Assembly: GCA_003451935.1 (NCBI GenBank)
Contig: DMJA01000066.1
Span: forward strand, 1-27,885
Direction of reading: 5' to 3'
DNA: 27,885 nucleotides
Source of the DNA: Verrucomicrobiota bacterium
GTDB taxonomy: Bacteria; Verrucomicrobiota; Kiritimatiellia; CAIQIC01; Lenti-01
Below the pieces are notes generated by a model that worked only from the letters and a program-made list of their open reading frames with translations, was not told the DNA's origin and made no database searches. The translations under genes and the position numbers were made by a program. This document shows positions 1 to 7,764 of the stretch, piece after piece. The stretch's first letter is position 1; every line of letters begins with the position of its first letter.

Positions 1-222
1 CCCTTCTACGGGTGGCGTTTTCGAAAAAGCAGCCCGCCGGGGGTTGCAACCCCGGCCGACAACCCGGATCCATTGTAGGCCACCCTTGCACGGGTGGCGC
101 TTTTGTGAACGGCTCACCCGAGGGTTCGCTCTACCCCAACCCCGCGAATTCAGCCTCTTTGGCAGGGCGAACCGTGCCGGTGAGCCGGGGGGTTGCTGCC
201 GGAGCGCGGGCATCTTGCCCGT
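1..222. repeat. Mosaic cluster of REP-like short palindromes (BIME-like)
   Basis: GTAGGCCACCC-TTGCAC-GGGTGGCG at 75-99, with a truncated sister copy at 1-17. Palindrome GCCGGGGG-TTGCAA-CCCCGGC at 36-56. Inverted doublet at 110-135 (minus: GGTAGAGCGAACCCTCGGGTGAGCCG) and 161-187 (GGCAGGGCGAACCGTGCCGGTGAGCCG). GGAGCG-CGGGCA-TCT-TGCCCG at 201-221. Confidence 0.7.
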
Positions 223-255
223 CACGCAATCAGCACAATCCGACCCTGTCGGCAT

Positions 256-286
256 AGAAAAAGCGGCGCAGAGCACCGCTTTTTCT
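256..286 (-). terminator. Rho-independent terminator of the pilMNOPQ operon
   Basis: Minus strand reads AGAAAAA-GCGGTGC-TCT-GCGCCGC-TTTTTCT: a 7-bp stem with one G-U pair plus a U tract, 38 nt past the secretin stop. A/T tracts on both sides suggest it is bidirectional. Confidence 0.85.
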
Positions 287-324
287 GCGGACGGCACACC
301 ATGCCGTCCGGGAGGTTTCGCTAC

Positions 325-2562
325 CTACTTGCTTTTTTTGCGGAACCGCTTGGCCGGGGCGGCTTTTTCCTCTTCCAGCGCGGCCTCGGGCGGGGCTTCC
401 ACCGCCACTTCTTCCAGCTTAGCTTCCGGAGCCGCCACCAAACCGGGTTCCGGCACCGCTTCGACCGGAGCTGCGGGCGCGACACTCGACTCGACCGGCA
501 CCGGCTCCGTTGCCGCTTCGGGAGCGACCGTGGCCTGCGCGATTTCCGGCGCGACCACGGGGGCGATGGCTTCCGCATCTTTCGCGTCCTGGGCCGCCTG
601 CGCCTCGACCTGCTTCTTGAACTCCTCCGCGAATTTCTTCTGGTCGGCCCGCTCCTTCACCCGGCGCTGGTGAACGAGGCGCGCATCTTCGGGAATCCCA
701 GCGTTCTCCTCCAAGACACCCGGATCGGCAACCGACAAGGTGACGAAGATGATGGTTTCGACCTGGCTCTTGACGGTCTTCTCATGCGAGAACAGGCGCC
801 CGATGATCGGGAGGCTCCCCAGGACGGGCACGCGTTTGGTCACCTTTTGATCCTGCACGTCCGTCAAGCCGCCGATGGCCACGGTCTGGCCGCTGCGCAA
901 GGTGAACGTGGTGCCGATCTCCTTGAGCGAAATGATGGGCCAGGAGTTGACGCCCACTTCCTTGAACTCCAGCAGGCGCCGCAGGGAGGGATTGATGAAC
1001 GCCTCGATGTAGTCGTCGGTCTTGACCGTGGCGATCACATCCAGGTCGATGCCGGTCCGGAGATAGCCGCCATCGATGAAGTCCGTCTTGATCCCGGTGT
1101 CCAGCTTCGAGGTGATCGTATCGCCCGGGCTGTCCGTCGTGCCCTTCTTGAGTTCCGAGGAGACGATCGGATCGCGCCGACCGATGCTGAAGAACGAATT
1201 GGTGGCTCCGCTCGTGACGATCATCTTCGGGTTGGAGACGACGCTGACGCCATCCATCGTTTCCAAGGCGCTCAGCACCACGGAGAGATCCGCCGGCGAC
1301 AGGATGGCCGTTTTGATGTCGTCGTACATCTTGTTGGAAATGCGCTCCGCCAGGGATTCGGCGCCGGACCCGCTCGCCCGCTGCGACACCCAATAGGTGG
1401 AAGGCGTTCCCTCCCAATCCTGCTCCGTCAACACGCTGGGCGTGCTTTGCCATCCCGATTCGGTGTCCGACGAGGTTTCAAAGGTGCCGAACCCGGGCTG
1501 ACTGCCCCATGTGTCATAGGTGGCGGCCGAAACCTCCTCGCCGTCCTGATCCTTGAAATCCATCCGGCCGGCTTGCGTCCCCTGCAAATTGTACCCGACG
1601 GCCCGGTCGCGGTTCAGGTTGTCGCGCTGGCGCGTCTCCGACATCTGCCATTCCATATCCGTCAGGCCGACCTTGTAGCCGGCCAGGATGCTCCAATCGA
1701 TGCCCAGTTGCTTCACGGCGTCGTCGGACAGTTCCATGATCTTGGTCTCGATCAGCACCTGGCGGCCGGGCTTGTCGAGGGTCTTGATCAGGGAACGGAC
1801 CTCGGCCAGGCGGGACTCGGTCGAGCGGACCACGATGGCATTGCGGGAGGCCATGGGCAGAACGTTGTTGCTGGATCCAACAATGCCGACCAAGGTGCTT
1901 TGGAGCTGGTCCACGGTGGTGAAATCCAGGAAGAAGGTTTCGACATACAGGGGCTCGGGGGCATTGGTGACCGGGGCCTGGATGCTATACACCTTGGAAT
2001 TGGGCGGCTGTTCCCGGAGATCGAGTTGGTGGACGGCCAGGATCGCGCGTAGCGCGGAAAGCCATTCCACGTCGCGGAGGTTGAAGGTGACGCGGTTGGT
2101 GAGCAGCGAATCGGCTCCAATGATGTTGGCGCCGACCTGCTGGGAGAACAAACTCACGGTGTCCTGCAGGGTCGCATCCTTCAGCGAAACCGTGATTAAT
2201 TCGACCCCGTCCACGGTGCGGGTCGTCATTTGGGTGGCCGCTTCGGCCTCGCCCTCGGCGAAATCGACGAAGTCCACCTCCTGCGGCGCGGCGGGAGCCA
2301 CCGCTTCCGGCGTGGCGGCGGCCGTCGTTTCCGCTGCGGCAGGTGCCACGACTTCCGGCGCGGGCGCGGGCTGTTCCATGGGGGCCAGTTCACGCCCCTC
2401 CAGCGAGGCGGCGTCCAAATTGTCCTTGGCATCGCTCGCGGCATTGATCAGGTCGATGGGGCCGGCCCCTCCCATCAAGGCGCAGGAGAAGACGAGGAGC
2501 AAGAGACCGATCAGGGTTCCGTGCCGGGGCGCGGAGTTACGGGGACGTTTGATTTGTTTCAT
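325..2562 (-). CDS. pilQ: Secretin, PilQ/GspD family (745 aa)
   Basis: Start reassigned to ATG 2562 (AAGGAG RBS, ATGA overlap with the upstream stop). N0-like 'ITVSLKDATLQDTV', N3 'RNAIVVRSTESRLAEVRSLIKTLDKP', and secretin core 'QVLIETKIMEL...GIDW', 'NPKMIVT', 'GQTVAIGGL...KRVPVLGSLPIIGRLF...ETIIFVT'. Last gene after pilMNOP. Confidence 0.93.
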   Translation of the reverse strand: MKQIKRPRNSAPRHGTLIGLLLLVFSCALMGGAGPIDLINAASDAKDNLDAASLEGRELAPMEQPAPAPEVVAPAAAETTAAATPEAVAPAAPQEVDFVDFAEGEAEAATQMTTRTVDGVELITVSLKDATLQDTVSLFSQQVGANIIGADSLLTNRVTFNLRDVEWLSALRAILAVHQLDLREQPPNSKVYSIQAPVTNAPEPLYVETFFLDFTTVDQLQSTLVGIVGSSNNVLPMASRNAIVVRSTESRLAEVRSLIKTLDKPGRQVLIETKIMELSDDAVKQLGIDWSILAGYKVGLTDMEWQMSETRQRDNLNRDRAVGYNLQGTQAGRMDFKDQDGEEVSAATYDTWGSQPGFGTFETSSDTESGWQSTPSVLTEQDWEGTPSTYWVSQRASGSGAESLAERISNKMYDDIKTAILSPADLSVVLSALETMDGVSVVSNPKMIVTSGATNSFFSIGRRDPIVSSELKKGTTDSPGDTITSKLDTGIKTDFIDGGYLRTGIDLDVIATVKTDDYIEAFINPSLRRLLEFKEVGVNSWPIISLKEIGTTFTLRSGQTVAIGGLTDVQDQKVTKRVPVLGSLPIIGRLFSHEKTVKSQVETIIFVTLSVADPGVLEENAGIPEDARLVHQRRVKERADQKKFAEEFKKQVEAQAAQDAKDAEAIAPVVAPEIAQATVAPEAATEPVPVESSVAPAAPVEAVPEPGLVAAPEAKLEEVAVEAPPEAALEEEKAAPAKRFRKKSK

Positions 2563-3059
2563 GGTGCTTTCTCCTTGAGGCGTGGCTCCGGGTCGGCCGG
2601 GGTCTTTGGGACGGGCTTCGCCGGAAATCGGGTGCGGGTAATTCCCAACCGGGCGGATTCGACCCCCCGCTCCGTGATGCGGAGGATGCGCCAATGGAAC
2701 CAGCGCCCGTTGGATTGGATGGAAACCACTTTCTTTTCGCCCACGACGCCGACCCCCTCGACCAGGATTCGGTACGTGCCGTCGGCCGCCCGGGAATGCC
2801 CGCGCACGGGCAGGGCCGGCCAAACCACATCCGCCGTTTCGGTTTCGAATCCCGCCGCCGCGCGGGCCGGGGCGGGCGGCGCATAACCGACCGGCCAGAA
2901 GGGATCACGCCGGGTGGCCGCCTCCATGCGCGCGGCCACCTTGCCTTCGGATTTTTCGGCGGCGGAAAGCCCCATGGCCGCCGCCAACATAATCAGGGCC
3001 GCCCGTGTCCCGGCGGTTCTGGGTTTCTGGACAAAGGTTGGTGGATTCCGCTGGTTCAT
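2559..3059 (-). CDS. PilP/GspC-like periplasmic protein (166 aa)
   Basis: Lies between pilO and the secretin with ATGA overlaps at both ends. Hydrophobic signal 'AALIMLAAAMGLSA', 'RRDPFWP' motif, beta-rich C-terminus. Confidence 0.65.
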   Translation of the reverse strand: MNQRNPPTFVQKPRTAGTRAALIMLAAAMGLSAAEKSEGKVAARMEAATRRDPFWPVGYAPPAPARAAAGFETETADVVWPALPVRGHSRAADGTYRILVEGVGVVGEKKVVSIQSNGRWFHWRILRITERGVESARLGITRTRFPAKPVPKTPADPEPRLKEKAP

Positions 3060-3781
3060 GGAGTCCCGCCGCCCAGGATTTCGTCGGCCTTCTGGCTCAC
3101 CTTGGCCTGCATATCCGGATCGGTCCACACGGGCCACTGCACTTCGAAGCGGACCAAATGCCGCTGCGGATTGTCCGGTTGCGCCGTAATCAGGAAATGG
3201 CTGATGGCGATCAGCGGATTTTCCGCCTGCACCGCGCGCACCCATTTGATGAAGGTGTCATATCCGCATTCCGCCGTCACGCGGGCGGAATAGGCCCGAA
3301 CCGGACCGGCCGGCTCCTTCTTGTCCGGGGCGGTGGCGGCCCCGGGAGTGGGCTTGGATTCGGGCGCGGCGGCCGCCTCCGGTTTTGGGGCGGGCTTGGC
3401 CTTTGCGGGCGGATCGATCAAGCCGATGTTGGTCACCTGGATCGCCTCCACGCCGGAGTCGGTTCCCTTCTTGACCAGGAAGTCCCTCGCCGGGAGCAGG
3501 TAGTTGCCCAGGCGGGGGTGCAGCAGATTCTTTTCGGATTGCATCCGCAGCTCGCGCATGGTCTTCACCAGGTCCTCGCGCATGCCGGCCAGATGGCGGA
3601 TCTGCTGGGGAGCCTGGCGTAGATTGGTTTCCAGCACGATGATCGTGGTGTGCGCCTCGTCCATTTTCCGGTTGATGGGCTGATAGACCCCGGCCCACAA
3701 GCCGTACAGCGCCGCCACCCCGCCGAGGGCGATGAGGGCCAGCATCTTCTGGCGCTCTTTCTTATTGGCCGGCAGGCGCAC
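3056..3781 (-). CDS. pilO: PilO/GspM-like inner-membrane alignment protein (241 aa)
   Basis: GTG start at 3781 with GAGGAG RBS. One TM segment 'MLALIALGGVAALYGLWAGVY', a coiled coil, and a ferredoxin-like C-terminus 'YDTFIKWVRAVQAENPLIAISHFLI'. Follows pilN. Confidence 0.75.
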   Translation of the reverse strand: MRLPANKKERQKMLALIALGGVAALYGLWAGVYQPINRKMDEAHTTIIVLETNLRQAPQQIRHLAGMREDLVKTMRELRMQSEKNLLHPRLGNYLLPARDFLVKKGTDSGVEAIQVTNIGLIDPPAKAKPAPKPEAAAAPESKPTPGAATAPDKKEPAGPVRAYSARVTAECGYDTFIKWVRAVQAENPLIAISHFLITAQPDNPQRHLVRFEVQWPVWTDPDMQAKVSQKADEILGGGTP

Positions 3782-4394
3782 GGAAACTCCTCGGTTTGAA
3801 GCTGACTTCGATCTGGAACAAGCGGTCCTGGCTGGTGGCACCCGGCGTATCGTCGTCGGTGAAGGACGCCACGACGGCCTTGTCGGTCCAGTCGGACATG
3901 GGGGCCTCCGTCTCCCACGCCCGGCGGAAGGATTCCACCCTCGCCTCGGCATTGGCGCCCTGGTGGCGGCCGTTCAGCGTCACGGCGTGTTCGCGCGCAT
4001 AGTGCCCGTCCTTGCCCACGGCCAGCTGCATGCGCAGCTGCAGGGTGCGCCACTGCATCGTGTCCGGGACATGCGTCCGGATTCCTTCCAGGATGTCCTC
4101 CCACGGCAGGCGCGAATGGTGCCAGCCCATGATTTCGTCGAGATAGCCCTTGTGGAGGTTCAGCGCCTGCTGCAGGACATCCGTTTCCTTCTGGCGCTGC
4201 TCGAACTCCATCCGCTGCGGTTCCAACTGCTGGAGCGCCCGGCGGACTTCCAGATAGCCCAGGTATTTCCAGGCCAGGCTGGCCGTCAGGACCGTGACCG
4301 CCACCGCCACCGCGATTTGGCCGATTGTCTTGAAGCGGATCAGGCTGGCGCTGCGCCGCTCCGGTTCCAGGATGAGATTGACTTGGAGGCTCAT
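3762..4394 (-). CDS. pilN: PilN-like protein (210 aa)
   Basis: N-terminal 'QVNLI' (INLLP-like PilM-binding motif), single TM, coiled coil, 'LPWEDILEGIRTHVPDTMQWRTL' and 'VTLNG'. ATGA overlap with the pilM stop. Confidence 0.8.
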   Translation of the reverse strand: MSLQVNLILEPERRSASLIRFKTIGQIAVAVAVTVLTASLAWKYLGYLEVRRALQQLEPQRMEFEQRQKETDVLQQALNLHKGYLDEIMGWHHSRLPWEDILEGIRTHVPDTMQWRTLQLRMQLAVGKDGHYAREHAVTLNGRHQGANAEARVESFRRAWETEAPMSDWTDKAVVASFTDDDTPGATSQDRLFQIEVSFKPRSFRAPAGQ

Positions 4395-5425
4395 GACGGC
4401 TCCAAGACCCCCAGGCACGCCCCGATGGCGGCCGACCACAGCCACGGCTGCGCCGCGTAGCGGTCCGGCATGCTGCCGGGCAGCCGGTCGGGATATCCGT
4501 CCAGCGCGTTCCATTCCTCGCCGGCCTCCTCCCCCTGCGCCCCTTTGAGGAACGCGGTGGCCAAGGCCGCGGGACCGGACACATGCAGTTTCTTCAAGGT
4601 GCAGTTTTCGCCGCGCTCCATGAAATCCCGGCAGCCTACATATTGCGAGCGCAACTCGCGCGTCTGCTGCTCGATCAGGTGGGAGATGTCGAACGCGCCA
4701 TCGGCCAGCACGCCTGCCGCGGTTTCCTCGTCCACGCCCAGCATCTCCATGGTGCTCTTCATGAAGGTGGCCATGCCCATGGAAAAGGTGCGCAACTGGG
4801 AAAGCCGGCCCTGGTTGAACAGCGCCAGCAGGCTGAAGTCCTGGTCGATGTGGATCAGGCCGTGGGCCGTTTCATAGCCCGCCAGGCGGGGATCGCCATG
4901 AAATGCGTTCACGACGGACAGCGAGGAGAGCCCCACGAACCGGGGGGCGACCGCACCGACTTTCGGGAGCAGGTCCAGCATGGACGTCGCCAGGCTTTCC
5001 GGCAGCGCCGCCGCCAGCAAGAGGGCTTCCGTCTTGGCCGTGGCCGGCTGGGCCACCTGGGTGCCCACGCGGCATTCCCCCTGCGCCGGATCGATCCCCA
5101 AGCGCGCGAGCACCTGTTCCGGATGGCCCAGATCCAGTTGTTCCGGAAGGCGGATGAGCTTGAGGACCGCCCGCGCATCGGACGACACCACCGCGGCAAA
5201 GCGCCCCTGCACGTTGGCGGGCAGGACAAGCCCTCCGTGCTTCGGCGTGGAATCTTCGGACACGTCCATCGCGACGGCGGGCAGCATGTCCGCCCCCACC
5301 ACGGCCAACCCCTCCGCGGTTTTTTTCATGCGCACGGCCCGCACGCCGTTGGACGCGAAATCAAGCCCGACCACATCGGTCGGAGCGCGGTTCAGCATGG
5401 CCTTGAGTTTATCCAGCGAGGACAT
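4391..5425 (-). CDS. pilM: PilM-like actin-fold pilus assembly protein (344 aa)
   Basis: 'VVGLDFASNGVRAVRMKK' (GLDIG-type start), 'GLIHIDQDFSLLALF...RTFSMG', 'KLHVSGPAA' and terminal 'AAIGACLG'. First gene of the M-N-O-P-Q series. Confidence 0.82.
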   Translation of the reverse strand: MSSLDKLKAMLNRAPTDVVGLDFASNGVRAVRMKKTAEGLAVVGADMLPAVAMDVSEDSTPKHGGLVLPANVQGRFAAVVSSDARAVLKLIRLPEQLDLGHPEQVLARLGIDPAQGECRVGTQVAQPATAKTEALLLAAALPESLATSMLDLLPKVGAVAPRFVGLSSLSVVNAFHGDPRLAGYETAHGLIHIDQDFSLLALFNQGRLSQLRTFSMGMATFMKSTMEMLGVDEETAAGVLADGAFDISHLIEQQTRELRSQYVGCRDFMERGENCTLKKLHVSGPAALATAFLKGAQGEEAGEEWNALDGYPDRLPGSMPDRYAAQPWLWSAAIGACLGVLEPS

Positions 5426-5474
5426 CCAGCATTTCCGGCGAGTTGATTTGCACGCAACCTTTCACACAGAAATC

Positions 5475-5503
5475 ATCTTGCCGACAACTCTATTGCGATG
5501 CAA
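5475..5503 (-). promoter_or_regulatory. Candidate sigma70-type promoter of pilM
   Basis: Minus strand TTGCAT-N17-CAAGAT about 50 nt upstream of the pilM start. The -10 match is weak. Confidence 0.3.
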
Positions 5504-5595
5504 GCAAGGAGATTGAAAAATATTCAGGGAACTGCCCCCCCCCATTTTTTCGAGCTTGAACGGACGGGATGGCTCTCGAAACACTCCAAACGGCC

Positions 5596-5672
5596 CGGCT
5601 CGGCAGGGACGCCTCGGCCTACCCGGCATATCGGTTGTCTGGCAGGTAGGGCCGAACCCTCCGGGTGAGCCG
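5596..5672. repeat. Inverted REP doublet, same family as 110-187
   Basis: 5645-5672 GGTAGGGCCGAACCCTCCGGGTGAGCCG on plus; 5596-5623 reads GGTAGGCCGAGGCGTCCCTGCCGAGCCG on minus. Same back-to-back geometry as the 110-187 pair (21-nt versus 25-nt spacer). Confidence 0.7.
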
Positions 5673-5740
5673 GGCTCTTTTGGCAGACCTAAAACGGCGT
5701 CCGAAAATCTGAATTTGGCTTCGCCACCCCCTTCCCCCCT

Positions 5741-5779
5741 AAACAACAAACACCCTGCCGGGACCCGGCAGGGTGTTTG
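5741..5779 (-). terminator. Terminator hairpin after the pilin gene
   Basis: Perfect 15-bp inverted repeat CAAACACCCTGCCGG-gac-CCGGCAGGGTGTTTG (5747-5779), followed on minus by TTGTTT, 44 nt past the pilin stop. Confidence 0.85.
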
Positions 5780-5823
5780 GGATTGGCGACGCAGGAACGC
5801 GTCAGCCAAGAAGTGCTCCCGAA

Positions 5824-6183
5824 TTAGGGCAGCACGTGCGGGGCATCCGCCACCAAGGCGGCATTCGGACAGGTCGGATCCGTGCCCAGCGCATTGATGG
5901 TATAGACCGCACCGCCGGCGGGGCAGACAGGCATCACGCCGCCCTTGATATAGGGCGCCACATCCGCATCTGCAGGGACGGCGAGGTCGGCCGCGCCGGT
6001 GGCCAGAGCCCATTGTTCCTTGGCGGCATCGATCAAGCGCATGTTGTTAATACAGGCATTCGCGCGGGACGTATTACGGGCACGCGTGAAAGCCGGAATC
6101 GCAATGGCGGCCAAAATGCCGATGATGGCGACCACGATCATGATTTCGACCAGGGTGAAACCCAGTTTCTTGCTCTTGCTCAT
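5824..6183 (-). CDS. pilA: Type IV major pilin / pseudopilin (119-aa prepilin, 111 aa mature)
   Basis: Class III signal MSKSKKLG|FTLVEIMIVVAIIGILAAIAIP with Glu5. It has its own promoter candidate and terminator and lies downstream of the PilR-like gene. Confidence 0.9.
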   Translation of the reverse strand: MSKSKKLGFTLVEIMIVVAIIGILAAIAIPAFTRARNTSRANACINNMRLIDAAKEQWALATGAADLAVPADADVAPYIKGGVMPVCPAGGAVYTINALGTDPTCPNAALVADAPHVLP

Positions 6184-6273
6184 TCGTTTTTCCTGTTGGT
6201 TGTTGTTTTTAATCAAACCGACCCGGCTTGGTAACTCCATCCTGCTGCCGCCATTTCAATTTCTTTAATTAAA

Positions 6274-6301
6274 ATACTACTACCGCCGGGAGAATATGCA
6301 A
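6274..6301 (-). promoter_or_regulatory. Candidate sigma70-type promoter of the pilin gene
   Basis: Minus strand TTGCAT-N16-TAGTAT inside an AT-rich island (about 6255-6325). No GG-N10-GC sigma54 box was found here. Confidence 0.5.
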
Positions 6302-6375
6302 ACACAATTGTTAAAAATATATTCGGCCGAAAATCCAAGGGGTGCGGGACGTTCCAAGTCAGTCCCCGTCCTTCC

Positions 6376-7755
6376 CTACGGCCCTTTTTGCCCGTTCAAC
6401 TTATGCTGGAGGTCGGCCAGGCTGATGTTGAGATTCTGGGCGGCGGCCTTCTTGTCGCCGCCGGCGCGCTTGAGGGTCTGCTCCAGATAATCCTTTTCCT
6501 TCCGTTGCAAAAAGGCCTTGAGCGAGAGGGCGTGTTCCAGGCCCGGAAGGGCGGAGGACTTGCCACCGGCCGCCGGCGCCTTGCGGGGCGCCGCAAGAAT
6601 CTGGGGCGGGAGGTGTTCGGGCTTGATCTCGCCCCGGTTGGAAGCCAGAAGGGCATTTTGGATGCAGGTTCCAAGTTCGCGGACGTTTCCGGGCCACTCA
6701 TAGGAAGAGAGGATCCGGCACGCTTCGGGGCTGATTCCGCCCGCCTTCTCGCCGGCCGGGGTTTCCTTTTGGATCAGGCGGACGGCAATGGGCAGGATGT
6801 CCTCGGGACGGTCCCGCAACGGCGCGATGGCGATGGAAATGACACTGAGGCGGTTGAACAAGTCCTCCCGGAACAACCCCTGCTGGATCCGCTCGCGCAG
6901 ATCGGTTTGGGCGGACGCCAGCACCCGGGCGTTGATGGGGGTGTTCTGGGTCCCGCCGAGGCGGCGTACCGCGCGGTCCTGCAGCACCTGCAGCAACCGC
7001 CCCTGGACATCCATGGGCAGGGCGTCGATCTCGTCGAGGAAGACCGTCCCGCCTTCCGCCGTCTCGAACAGGCCGGCCTTGGGGGAGTCGGCCCCGGGCA
7101 CGGCCCCCTTGACGTGCCCAAACAGTTCCGATTCCAGCAAAGGCTTGGGCAGCGCGGCGCAATCCACGGACAGGAACAGGCGGTCCTTGCGCGGGCTGGC
7201 CGCATGGATGGCCTTGGCGACGCTCTCCTTGCCGGTGCCGCGCTCGCCGGTGATCAGGACCGTGGCATCCGTCGGCCCCACGCGCCGGATCATCTCGCAG
7301 ACCTTCTGCATCGCGTCGCTCGAGCCGACGAATTCCCCCACCTGCCAGCGCGATTCCAGCTGGGCCTTCAGCATCACGTTTTCCTGGAGGGCCCGGCTGT
7401 ATTCGAGGGCCCGGTGGATGGTCTTGAGCAGTTCATCGATCTTGAACGGCTTGGGCACGTAGTCGAAGGCGCCCAGTTTGAGGGCGTCCACCGCCGTGGC
7501 GATGTTGTCGCAGCCCGTCAGCAAGATCACCACCATGGACGGGTTCCGCTCGTGCGCCCAGCGGAGCAGCTCGAGGCCGTTCATGGTGCCCATGGCGTAG
7601 TCCGTGAGCATGAGGTCGAACGGCTGTTTCTCGAGAAGGGCCTGGGCCTCCTCGCCGCCCGCGGCGACGACGACCTCGTGCTGCTCCCGGTTCAGCAGGC
7701 TGCCGAGCAGCCGCCGCAGGATCGGTTCATCTTCCACCACCAGGAGTCGGGCCAT
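6376..7755 (-). CDS. NtrC/PilR-like response regulator (REC-AAA+-HTH, 459 aa) with a degenerate GAFTGA loop
   Basis: REC 'LLVVEDE...LMLTDYAM...LLTG...YVPKPF'. Walker A GERGTGKE, Walker B FLDEI, 'WPGNVREL', Fis-type HTH. Loop L1 reads ELFGHVKGAVPGA. Confidence 0.92.
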   Translation of the reverse strand: MARLLVVEDEPILRRLLGSLLNREQHEVVVAAGGEEAQALLEKQPFDLMLTDYAMGTMNGLELLRWAHERNPSMVVILLTGCDNIATAVDALKLGAFDYVPKPFKIDELLKTIHRALEYSRALQENVMLKAQLESRWQVGEFVGSSDAMQKVCEMIRRVGPTDATVLITGERGTGKESVAKAIHAASPRKDRLFLSVDCAALPKPLLESELFGHVKGAVPGADSPKAGLFETAEGGTVFLDEIDALPMDVQGRLLQVLQDRAVRRLGGTQNTPINARVLASAQTDLRERIQQGLFREDLFNRLSVISIAIAPLRDRPEDILPIAVRLIQKETPAGEKAGGISPEACRILSSYEWPGNVRELGTCIQNALLASNRGEIKPEHLPPQILAAPRKAPAAGGKSSALPGLEHALSLKAFLQRKEKDYLEQTLKRAGGDKKAAAQNLNISLADLQHKLNGQKGP

Positions 7756-7764
7756 GGGAACTGC

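Noticed and set aside
1-222. CRISPR array
   Set aside because: The repeats are heterogeneous palindromes in mixed orientation without regular unique spacers, and no cas genes are present.
2482-2493. Lipobox in the secretin signal (VFSC)
   Set aside because: Phe at -2 is atypical, and the hydrophobic stretch continues to a plausible SPI site (LMGGA).
2563-2823. Upstream extensions in the ORF track (secretin to 2823; likewise 3245, 3952, 4514, 6240 and 13382 for other genes)
   Set aside because: Downstream starts have RBSs, ATGA coupling or signal peptides directly after the Met. The extensions overlap neighbouring genes or promoters.
5469-5483. Sigma54-like box CGGCAAG-ATGA-TTTC upstream of pilM (minus strand)
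   Set aside because: It lacks the invariant -12 GC (reads TTTC), and the local activator lacks GAFTGA.
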